In this document: positions 10,051 to 18,257 of the stretch, in pieces
How the letters are laid out: each line of letters opens with the position of its first letter
Numbering within the stretch: the first letter of the stretch is position 1
Assembly: GCA_021851895.1 (NCBI GenBank)
Contig: JAJZQJ010000002.1
Location: 5,046 to 69,045, forward strand
Source of the DNA: a bacterium
Lineage (GTDB): Bacteria > Patescibacteriota > Minisyncoccia > Phycocordibacterales > UBA6899
Direction: 5' to 3'
DNA length: 64,000 nt
The notes under the pieces: generated by a model
Databases searched by the model: none
What the model saw: the letters and a program-made list of their open reading frames with translations, nothing else
What the model was told of the DNA's origin: nothing
Position numbers and translations under genes: made by a program

Positions 10051-11727
10051 TTATTCTATGAGTGTGACTTCGCCAGAGCGTGGCTCCATGCCTTCAAGGG
10101 GTATGCTGACGGAGAATGTCGTCCCTTTACCTTCTTCACTCTCGAACCAGATCTTACCGCCCCAGTCTGAGGCAAGTGTTTTTGCGAAAGAAAGTCCGAG
10201 GCCTGAACCATCTGGTGATGCGATGATCGCTTTTTCGGAACGGAAGAACTTTTCGAAGACACGCTTGCGTTCCTCTTGTGCAATGCCTATGCCGTGATCG
10301 GTCACATGAACTACTGCAGTGTCGTCGCTACGTTCAAGCGCTACATTGATCGTGTCTCCTGGGGCACCATAGAGCTGTGCATTCATAAGAAGATTCAAGA
10401 ATACCTCCCGTGCATAGTCGGGGTCCAACGTGATCATCGGAATAGTATCTCCTGCAATATGCACGGTCTGTTTTTTATTGTTGAGGCGGGGGAGGAGTTC
10501 GGTGACTGCATGTTCGATAACCGTCTTTATGTCGAGAGGAACAGGATTGATGCTGACGCGATTCGTTTCAACACGTGCGGTGCGAAGGAGAAAGTTCACG
10601 AGATTGGTCATCTGCGCGAGACTTGTCTCGATTTGCGAGACATATTGCTGCTGTGAGGTATTCAGTGTTCCTGCGTCGCCGCTTTGAAGCATCTCAATGA
10701 ACCAGCGCATCGTCGTGAGCGGGGTTCGCAATTGGTGTGATGCTGTCGATATGAAATTCGCTCGTGCTTCATCGAGTGCGAGATCGTCGCTGATATTACG
10801 AAAGGTGATGATGACGCCTTTGCGTTCTTGCGTTTGCTCATTAATGATCGGTGCTGCGATACTTGAGGCATAAATGATCCTTCCGTCTTTGCGGACACTC
10901 GAGAGCACGGGGAGGTTGACTGTTTTATCGATATTGACGATCGCGTCACGAAATTCCTGAGAGAGCTCATTACCCTCGCGATCACGCAAGTGCAGCGCGT
11001 CAACGGGTTTTTTGTTGAAGAGGTCTTCTTTCTTCTCTCCGGTCATGTTGACCGTAACGTCGTTCACGATCTTAATGAGGCCATTTTCGTCGAGCACGAT
11101 GACACCTTCACCGATGGACGAGACAAGCTGGTGATAGGTTGCGCGTTCTTCCTCTGCAGTCTTTGCATACATGTTCGCGTTCTCGAGTGCTTTCGCGAGA
11201 TCATTAGCCTGCCGCGTGATCTTCTCTTCGGATTCACGTGCATCCTCAAGGAGGTTGAGCATCGCGCGCTTCGTATCCTCAAGCTCTGCAACGGTACCTT
11301 CTTCGGTCATGAGACGTACGCTCGCCTCATCGGGATGCGCGAGATAGAGGATGATGTCTGAAGGGGAGTCAGTGAGCCGCTCTTGATCTGTGTAGTCTCC
11401 GAATGTTGACTCGGTGATCTTGAGTTTTGGAAAATGTCGCTGCTTGTACGAAAGCAGTCCAACAACGTCCTCGCGTTGTTCGTCGTCGGGATACACGATG
11501 ACTTCCTTTTGTCCGTTTTCAGCGGCGAGCGTAAGATAGAGTTCCGCGAGCTTTATATAGGTCGCTCTCGTGTCATCATAGGCGATATGAATGAACGGTG
11601 TATTCGTTTTTGCGAGGAGGCCATGGGAGACCGAAAGCACGCCAACGATCCTCGAGAAGATGGGCATGACGTGGGGAGCGAACGCACCTCCGAAAATGGC
11701 ATGTTTGATGATGATATTTTTCGCCAT
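10051..11727 (-). CDS. cytoplasmic PAS sensor histidine kinase
   Basis: PAS (SIGEGVIVLD), H-box ASHQLRTPL, NLLMNA, DHGIGI, GSGLGL; N-terminal domain not recognised. Confidence 0.9.
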   Translation of the reverse strand: MAKNIIIKHAIFGGAFAPHVMPIFSRIVGVLSVSHGLLAKTNTPFIHIAYDDTRATYIKLAELYLTLAAENGQKEVIVYPDDEQREDVVGLLSYKQRHFPKLKITESTFGDYTDQERLTDSPSDIILYLAHPDEASVRLMTEEGTVAELEDTKRAMLNLLEDARESEEKITRQANDLAKALENANMYAKTAEEERATYHQLVSSIGEGVIVLDENGLIKIVNDVTVNMTGEKKEDLFNKKPVDALHLRDREGNELSQEFRDAIVNIDKTVNLPVLSSVRKDGRIIYASSIAAPIINEQTQERKGVIITFRNISDDLALDEARANFISTASHQLRTPLTTMRWFIEMLQSGDAGTLNTSQQQYVSQIETSLAQMTNLVNFLLRTARVETNRVSINPVPLDIKTVIEHAVTELLPRLNNKKQTVHIAGDTIPMITLDPDYAREVFLNLLMNAQLYGAPGDTINVALERSDDTAVVHVTDHGIGIAQEERKRVFEKFFRSEKAIIASPDGSGLGLSFAKTLASDWGGKIWFESEEGKGTTFSVSIPLEGMEPRSGEVTLIE

Positions 11728-11784
11728 TACTATACTAGTATAGCATGAGGTGATTAAAAAACGCATCTGAGGATGCGTTTTTTA

Positions 11785-12309
11785 TTAGCAGTGATCGTTT
11801 GGATTCACGTAATTGAGGAAGAATTCATAGTGAGGAAGGGGGAGTGATTCATAGCGAAAGAGACCGGTACCGAGATTGCCGTCATCGTAGAGTTTGTCAT
11901 AGATGACTGCGATATCCGATGGCATTGTGATGCCGATATAGTAATAGTTGCTCGGAGTGGGGTTGCCAGGGGTGCCCGTATAGCCGAGATAGTAGTCTGT
12001 TCCGAATGGGGTCTTTGGCCAAGGATAGTATTCTTCTACGGCGACTTTTTCATGTGCATCGGTCATATCGTTTGCTGCCATATCGCTATCGATGCACGGG
12101 GATATGGTGTGTTGTGTACGATAGGTTTCCACGGCACGCTCAATCTGTGCGAAGTCTGCGCTCATACGCGCGACAAAAGCACGTTCGCGAGCGCGCATGA
12201 GGGCAGCGAGTACGACTGAAGAGAGGAGGGCGATCACTGAAATAACAACGAGAAGCTCTACGAGCGTGAAGCCACGAGATCGATTGCTGTAGGTGGAGGG
12301 CAAACGCAT
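11785..12309 (-). CDS. type IV pilin / pseudopilin-like protein
   Basis: Prepilin cleavage motif RG|FTLVELLVVISVIALL. Confidence 0.88.
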   Translation of the reverse strand: MRLPSTYSNRSRGFTLVELLVVISVIALLSSVVLAALMRARERAFVARMSADFAQIERAVETYRTQHTISPCIDSDMAANDMTDAHEKVAVEEYYPWPKTPFGTDYYLGYTGTPGNPTPSNYYYIGITMPSDIAVIYDKLYDDGNLGTGLFRYESLPLPHYEFFLNYVNPNDHC

Positions 12310-12372
12310 GGTATACAAAGTATAGCATGAAATAAATATATGAAAAAAGAGGCCCGAAGGCCTCTCGACTGA

Positions 12373-13260
12373 TCAAAGGATACGCGGATGTTGCTCGATG
12401 AACGCACGCATTTCCTCAGGAGTGCGACAGCTGTGGCGGATTTCGCGCCACGGACCGAACTCGGTCGGGTGCTCTCTGGTCGTTTCGCGAACGCGTTCGA
12501 AGTAGAAGGGGTTGTTCGCCTTCGGGTTGTCTTCGTCGAGTTCATCCACGTGGTAGTGAATGATCGCACCATTATCCGGAATGCGGTCGCGCCAGAGGTA
12601 TTTGCCGTTGGTGTCGAGACTCGTTTTGTTCTCCAAGACGGACATACACGCGAGGATGAAATCTCCATGCGTGACGATGAGCGGGCTCTTGAACTTGCGT
12701 GCATGAACATCGCGCAAGATGTCGCCAGCACGTCCCTGAGTGACGACGAACGGTTCACCATTCGGCGGAACCCAAGTGAAGATGTCTTCGATCATGCGAA
12801 TTTCGATGACCTGTCCATCAGGTAGTCTGAGTTCGCGCGTGATCTCGCCCTCGCGTCGCTTGCGATGTTCCTCAACGAGATCCATATGCTTCCAGCCGGG
12901 CTGCTCGAGGTCGCCCCAGAAACGCTCGCGAATGCGACCGGTGACCTGCCATCCGAGGTAGCGGTCCTCTGGTTTGAAGTAGCCACCCTTTTCGTTGAAG
13001 ATGAGGGCGGTCTCGATGGCGCGGTCCATGTCAGAGCAGTAGCACCAATCGAAGTAGGGGAATTGCGAGCGAAGGAATTCTCCGATCGCAACGCCCATGT
13101 CTGCGCCTTCTTGCGTGAGGCGGTACTGCGGATGGGGGACATGTCGAAGGAGTTCCCCCATGGTGAAGGTGTGGCTCTCCACGATCTCGTGAATCGCTTT
13201 GTTCGCGACAGAGGGAAGATGACGGACGAGGATGAGATCACGAGCAGGACGTTTGCACAT
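12373..13260 (-). CDS. histidine phosphatase (phosphoglycerate mutase-like) family protein
   Basis: LILVRH, SDMDRAIETA, RIRERFWG, PPNGE, LIVTHG. Confidence 0.85.
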   Translation of the reverse strand: MCKRPARDLILVRHLPSVANKAIHEIVESHTFTMGELLRHVPHPQYRLTQEGADMGVAIGEFLRSQFPYFDWCYCSDMDRAIETALIFNEKGGYFKPEDRYLGWQVTGRIRERFWGDLEQPGWKHMDLVEEHRKRREGEITRELRLPDGQVIEIRMIEDIFTWVPPNGEPFVVTQGRAGDILRDVHARKFKSPLIVTHGDFILACMSVLENKTSLDTNGKYLWRDRIPDNGAIIHYHVDELDEDNPKANNPFYFERVRETTREHPTEFGPWREIRHSCRTPEEMRAFIEQHPRIL

Positions 13261-13429
13261 ACGTGCGCTCCTTGTAGGGAAGAACGTTATCTACGTTGAA
13301 ACTACCGTAAAATCTTGGAAAAGCAAGCATGTCTCGATCCTATTCTCATTGTCACTTTCGATTGCTGTAGCTACTTTTCCATGCTAGCATCGTTGCAGAA
13401 TAATACTTTTTGTTCCTTGAGGAGGAAAC

Positions 13430-14878
13430 ATGGACAGGAACCGGTTTCTCGCCGATCCAAGGGGTGCCATGCTTGCACTTTTCGGTGCAAGCGAAGCGAA
13501 TATCGTCGCCGTCGTGCGCGATGCGCTTTCGGGCGCCGATGATGGTGAGTTGTTCGTCGAGTGCACTTTTACCCGCGGTATCTCCTTCGAAGGAGGGAAG
13601 GTCGAGTCGCTTTCATACACAGAGAGTGGCGGAATCGGCCTGCGCCGTGTTGTCAAAGAAGCGCAGTATTACGCGTCGGGGAACGAGTTTTCTCTGAGTG
13701 CGGTGCGCGACTTCGGTGCACGACTGCGTGCAGCTTCTGGCGACGGGGAATTCATCGAAGATATCCCTGCTGTGCAAACAAAGCAGCACTATGATGCGGT
13801 GGATGTCTTTGCTCATTCAGTCGAAGAGATCATCGAGCGACTCCGTGCGCTCGACCGTGAGGCGCGTGCATTCACTTTCGAGAAATGCCCGTCGATCACT
13901 GTCGAGGATACAGAGCTCAGCATCGTGTCACAGATGAAGTGCGTGCTCATCGTTCGACCTGACGGATTCGTCGCAAGTGATATTCGTCCGATGTTGCGTT
14001 TCTCCGCTTCTGTGCGTTGCGCCGATGGCGAGAACACTGAGTGGGGAACAGTGCGGCTTGCGGGCCGTCGTTCCTTCGATGACCTGCTGACCAAGGATGT
14101 GCTCTCGCGTACCGCGAGAGAAGCTGCCGAGTTGGCGTATGACCTCATTTTCGCGAAGCCCTGTCCGTCAGGCAGCATGCCTGTTGTGATCGGTAACGGT
14201 TGGGGTGGAGTGCTCGTGCACGAAGCCATCGGGCATGCGCTTGAAGGCGATGCGATCCGAGAAAAGGATTCCGTTTTCGTCGGCAAGCTCGGTACGCAAG
14301 TGGCGAGCCCGATCGTGACCATCGTCGACGATGGCACGCTCTATGGTCTGCGTGGGTCACTCACCTTCGACGACGAAGGCACACCGACTGAGCGTTCGGT
14401 GCTCATCGAGAATGGTATGCTCAAAGCGTTCATGAACGATCGCCTGAGCGCGCGAGTGCTTGGGCTTCCGCAGACGGGGAGCGCGCGGCGTGAGTCGTAT
14501 CGCTTTCCTCCGATCGTGCGCATGCGCAATACGTTCGTCGAGGCTGGCAACGATGACCCCAAGAGCATCATCGCGGATACGGCGTACGGTCTCTATATCA
14601 AAGATTTCTCTGGAGGGCAGGTGGATTCCCGAACAGGGAAGTTTACCTTCACCGCAGACATCGGTTACGTCATCGAAAACGGTGCTCTCGCGCACGCAGT
14701 GCGCGGAGTCACCCTCATCGGTGATTGCAGAGAAGCACTTCTCTATATCGATCGCGTGGGCAATGACCTTGACCACGGGAGCGGTAATTGTGGGAAGTCT
14801 GGTCAATCCGTTCCGGTGTGTGTGGGGCAGCCCACAGTGCGCTTGAACGGTGGTGTCACTGTCGGTGGAACGGTCTGA
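13430..14878 (+). CDS. tldD: TldD metalloprotease
   Basis: HEAIGHALEGD zinc motif, FDDEGTP, RRESY...RMRNT, CGKSGQSVPV. Confidence 0.93.
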   Translation: MDRNRFLADPRGAMLALFGASEANIVAVVRDALSGADDGELFVECTFTRGISFEGGKVESLSYTESGGIGLRRVVKEAQYYASGNEFSLSAVRDFGARLRAASGDGEFIEDIPAVQTKQHYDAVDVFAHSVEEIIERLRALDREARAFTFEKCPSITVEDTELSIVSQMKCVLIVRPDGFVASDIRPMLRFSASVRCADGENTEWGTVRLAGRRSFDDLLTKDVLSRTAREAAELAYDLIFAKPCPSGSMPVVIGNGWGGVLVHEAIGHALEGDAIREKDSVFVGKLGTQVASPIVTIVDDGTLYGLRGSLTFDDEGTPTERSVLIENGMLKAFMNDRLSARVLGLPQTGSARRESYRFPPIVRMRNTFVEAGNDDPKSIIADTAYGLYIKDFSGGQVDSRTGKFTFTADIGYVIENGALAHAVRGVTLIGDCREALLYIDRVGNDLDHGSGNCGKSGQSVPVCVGQPTVRLNGGVTVGGTV

Positions 14879-14888
14879 GGAGGATGAG

Positions 14889-16220
14889 ATGGACAAGATG
14901 AACATGATCGCGACCGCGCAAGCTCTCCTCGATGCAGCCAAGCGAGAGGGGGCGAGTGATGCACGTTGCGTCGTCGCCAGTACCCGCAATGAGCGGCTGA
15001 CGATACGCGAGAGCAAGGTCAGTGGATATTCTCCGAAGACAAGCTACAGTCTCGTGCTCACCGTTTTCTGTGGTGATCGGCGTGCGGTCGTCAAAGGCGT
15101 GTCCTCGGATGCGAAGGCGATCGAGACGCTCGCGCGCGAAGGCGTTGCGCTTGCGCGCGTAAGTGGTGCGCATGAGTTCGATGGTGTGCCGGGGCCGGAA
15201 TATTGGCCGTGCACCTCCGAGGAGTTCGATGAATTGCAGGAAGGACTTTCCTGCGTCGACCGCGGACCCATTCCGGATTTCCACGTGCTCAAAGGGTACG
15301 CAGAGGAATTGCACGATCTTTCCCTCGCGAATGAGGGAGTCGTGCGCGTGGAAGTCAGTGTCATTTACCTGAAAAGTGCGCAAGTATTCGCGACGACGGC
15401 GGGCTTCACCGCTTTCGAAGAGGGCTCCACGTGGAGCGTCTTCGCTGAGGTAGTCGGAGACGATAACGGTGAGATCATCGTTGGCGTCGACGGCTCGCGT
15501 GCCTGCACGAGAGCAGCACTTCGCCCATTCAAAGCTGTCGCAGCAAGAGCGTATCACAACATGTGCGAGCGCAGAGGCGCGGTGCGTCCGAAGTCGGACA
15601 CTATCCACGTCATCCTGCGTTCTGATGTTGCAGAGAGAGCCATCGATACGATGATCGATGCACTGGATGCCGATGCGGCATTCCGCAAGAAGACGTATCT
15701 CCTGGGGTCGATCGGCGAACGCTGCATGAGTGAAGCGCTGACGATCACGGATTTCCCGCGCATCAAGTACTCTCCGTTCGCGGGACTCTTCGATAATGAC
15801 GGCGTTGCCACGAAGGATCGTGTGCTTGTCGATCGCGGTGTTCCGACGGGATGGATCGGTGGCTATGAGGAGTGTCGCAGGCTCGGTATCGAACCGACTG
15901 GTAACTCCTCAGGCTGCTCTCAAGTGTTCGTGAATCCTGGCTCGATGAATCTCGATGAGCTCTGCGGAAAGTTTCCCCGCGTGCTCGTCGTGACTGATTT
16001 CTGCGGCAGAGGTTTCGACCCGGAGACTGGAGAGGTTTCTGTGGGTGTCGAAGGATATATTATCGACAAAGGGAAGCGCGAGGTTGTCCATGAGGCGATC
16101 ATCGCCGGCACCTTGCAGGAGATGCTGAAGCAGTGCATCCCCGCGAACGATGTCGATACCGAAGGGCCGATTCACGTCCCCTCACTCTATGTGGGGGAGA
16201 TGCGGCTCTCGGGGGTTTAA
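14889..16220 (+). CDS. pmbA: TldE/PmbA non-catalytic partner
   Basis: Follows tldD; FDNDGVAT, TGEVSVGVEG, C-terminal PSLYVGEMRLSG; no HExxH. Confidence 0.85.
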   Translation: MDKMNMIATAQALLDAAKREGASDARCVVASTRNERLTIRESKVSGYSPKTSYSLVLTVFCGDRRAVVKGVSSDAKAIETLAREGVALARVSGAHEFDGVPGPEYWPCTSEEFDELQEGLSCVDRGPIPDFHVLKGYAEELHDLSLANEGVVRVEVSVIYLKSAQVFATTAGFTAFEEGSTWSVFAEVVGDDNGEIIVGVDGSRACTRAALRPFKAVAARAYHNMCERRGAVRPKSDTIHVILRSDVAERAIDTMIDALDADAAFRKKTYLLGSIGERCMSEALTITDFPRIKYSPFAGLFDNDGVATKDRVLVDRGVPTGWIGGYEECRRLGIEPTGNSSGCSQVFVNPGSMNLDELCGKFPRVLVVTDFCGRGFDPETGEVSVGVEGYIIDKGKREVVHEAIIAGTLQEMLKQCIPANDVDTEGPIHVPSLYVGEMRLSGV

Positions 16221-16282
16221 TTGCAAAGCTCGCTACGGCGAGCTTTTTCTATGGCACTCAGATATGGTATACTTTGTATAGT

Positions 16283-16594
16283 ATGCCACAAGTAAGAAAA
16301 GAAAAACGCACGTACGCAGATCGTAGGGAATACCTTAAGCGTGCAGTTTCTGAACGTAGGAGAAAACTGAAGCTCATGCTGATAGAGTATAAGGGTGGAA
16401 AATGTGCCCGTTGTGGATATTTCTCATGCCCTGCGGTTTTTGATTTACATCATCTCGACGAGTCAAAGAAGGATTTTGGTTTTGGGGTAGGGGGTATTAC
16501 TCGATCATGGGATAGACTAAGGACAGAGGCTGACAAATGCATTCTTCTCTGTGCAAATTGTCATAGGGAATTACATGCAGAAAATGCAAGATGA
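16283..16594 (+). CDS. small free-standing HNH endonuclease
   Basis: CARCGY, FDLHH, KCILLCANCHRELH zinc-finger HNH; start reassigned to ATG 16283. Confidence 0.85.
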   Translation: MPQVRKEKRTYADRREYLKRAVSERRRKLKLMLIEYKGGKCARCGYFSCPAVFDLHHLDESKKDFGFGVGGITRSWDRLRTEADKCILLCANCHRELHAENAR

Positions 16595-16623
16595 AATAGA
16601 TAAAATTAGGCATTTTATACTAC

Positions 16624-16652
16624 TTGCAAACGGCAAACAATTTTGCTATTAT
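16624..16652 (+). promoter_or_regulatory. promoter of tRNA-Asn
   Basis: TTGCAA-17-TATTAT about 55 nt upstream of the tRNA. Confidence 0.6.
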
Positions 16653-16706
16653 GCTATTCACTCTAAGGCAAGAGCCGCTAATATTCTTAGAGTAATTGAA
16701 ACACAT

Positions 16707-17036
16707 TCCGGTGTAGCTCAGCGGTAGAGCAGTACGCTGTGGCGTTAAACGCAGCCCATTTCAGTAATGAAATGGTGAACAACGAGGTGAATTGCTGGAA
16801 ACCCTAACGAGAAAGACGAGGGCGATCAGCAGCCAAGCTTTGCGAGGAATCGCACTGAAGGTTCAGAGACTATCCGAAAGGAGTACTGAATATGCAAATA
16901 TTTGGGAAGCGCCTCGCACCCCACTCTTATAAAGCCGCAAGGCTTAACGAAGAAGGGTGATGATATAGTCCTCCCACTACGAAAGTAGTGAACATGAGTA
17001 ACGTATTGGTCGCAGGTTCGAATCCTGCCGCCGGAG
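16707..17036 (+). tRNA. tRNA-Asn(GTT) interrupted by a group I intron (exons 16707-16740 and 16999-17036)
   Basis: Joined exons give acceptor TCCGGTG/CGCCGGA, D-arm GCTC..GAGC, anticodon arm GTACG-CTGTTAA-CGTAT, T-arm GCAGG-TTCGAAT-CCTGC, discriminator G; CCA not encoded. Confidence 0.93.
16741..16998 (+). ncRNA. group I self-splicing intron (258 nt, no ORF)
   Basis: 5' exon ends in T, intron ends in G; P1 GCTGT/GCAGC; P AATTGCTGGAA, Q GATCAGCAGCC, R GTTCAGAGACTA, S GATATAGTCC; P3 CGAGG/CCTCG; P9 CACTAC-GAAA-GTAGTG. Confidence 0.92.
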
Positions 17037-17047
17037 CAGAAAACATT

Positions 17048-17078
17048 AATCCATGAAGCGAAGCTTCATGGATTTTTG
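17048..17078 (+). terminator. intrinsic terminator after the tRNA
   Basis: AATCCATGAAGC-GAA-GCTTCATGGATT followed by a T-tract. Confidence 0.8.
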
Positions 17079-17083
17079 TTTTC

Positions 17084-17249
17084 CTCCGCCGCAGGATTCG
17101 AAGGGCGGAGGCCGCGAAGCCGGCCGCTGAGGTTCCGACCGAAGCGGTCGACGCCGAGCCCTGGCCCTACCTGCACCCCCTATTTCTCAAGCCGAAGGCG
17201 CTAGAGAAAAACGGAGGTGACAGAGGGGCGAATCCTGCCGCCGGAGCCA
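17084..17249. repeat. structured element bounded by an inverted and a direct copy of the tRNA 3' end
   Basis: CGAATCCTGCCGCCGGAGC at 17019-17037 and 17229-17247 (second followed by CA, giving CCA); imperfect inverted copy CTCCGCCGCAGGATTCG at 17084-17100; several cGAAg-loop hairpins. Confidence 0.8.
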
Positions 17250-17327
17250 ATCAAAAAACGAGACACGAAGGTGCCTCGTTTTTTTGCTTTCACGATAATT
17301 CGAGATAAAGGATCTGTGATAGAGAAC

Positions 17328-17543
17328 CTACTTCTTTGTGAGCTGCATGGAGATGTATGCGAGATACACCGCTGCGATACCAACGAGACCATAGACGATT
17401 CTTGCGATCATCGACATCGCGCCAAAAAGGGTAGCGACGAGATCGAAATCGAACAGGGCGACCAGTCCCCAGTTCAGTCCACCGACAATGACAAGCACGA
17501 TAGCAAGCCAGTCGAGCGTATTGAGTTTGTTCATGTTGTTCAT
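17328..17543 (-). CDS. DUF378 family small membrane protein
   Basis: LVIVGGLNWGLVALFDFDLVATLFG...RIVYGLVGIAAVY. Confidence 0.85.
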   Translation of the reverse strand: MNNMNKLNTLDWLAIVLVIVGGLNWGLVALFDFDLVATLFGAMSMIARIVYGLVGIAAVYLAYISMQLTKK

Positions 17544-17629
17544 TATTAATGCACGAGTGCGCTCTTCGACCACATGCGCATTAGTATGATTATAACACGA
17601 AAGTATAGTATGGTAATATAATGATATCG

Positions 17630-17646
17630 TTAACATGGTATTAACA
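17630..17646. promoter_or_regulatory. possible OmpR/PhoP-type direct-repeat box
   Basis: TTAACA-N5-TTAACA (11-bp period) in a divergent intergenic region. Confidence 0.35.
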
Positions 17647-17656
17647 TAGAGATCGT

Positions 17657-18118
17657 ATGTCATTTCCACTTCTCGACAGCATCGGTTTATTTCTCATGCT
17701 CTCAGGTTTCATCATCGGGCTCGGTGCAGTGACGGTCATCGACATCCATGGCTTTCTTGGTCGCACATCCTCATATTGGACTGAGGCGACCACGCGAACG
17801 CATAAAGTTACGAAGCCCATGATATGGGCCGGCATCTTTCTCTCTATCGTCGGTGGCGTCATATTCTATCGCAATCAGCCGTTCGCGGGGATTCCTGCGG
17901 CGCATGCGCTCATCGTCGTCGCGCTCCTCTTTAATGGATATTTCCTGTCCTGCAAAGTGAGTCCATTTCTCTTAGCTCGTGAGAGCGAAGGGAAGTCGGG
18001 GGAATTACTCCCGAGTGCATGGCAGCATAAGATCATGGTGAGCCTCATCGTGTCTGACATCGGCTGGTGGGGAGGACTCGTTCTCCTCGTTGTGTACCTC
18101 ACGAGTCGTTTATCATAA
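17657..18118 (+). CDS. 4-TM membrane protein
   Basis: Four hydrophobic segments; GFIIGLGAV motif. Confidence 0.75.
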   Translation: MSFPLLDSIGLFLMLSGFIIGLGAVTVIDIHGFLGRTSSYWTEATTRTHKVTKPMIWAGIFLSIVGGVIFYRNQPFAGIPAAHALIVVALLFNGYFLSCKVSPFLLARESEGKSGELLPSAWQHKIMVSLIVSDIGWWGGLVLLVVYLTSRLS

Positions 18119-18257
18119 ATGGGTGCCAGCGCGTAGGCACAAGTGCTTCGTGTATTGCGCTCCTCTTGTCCGTCGCTCTTTCTGTTCCGCTGCGGGAGTA
18201 TTTATGTGTAATGAAAAACCGGGCGCAAATTGCGCGCCCGGAGTTTATTCTAATGTG

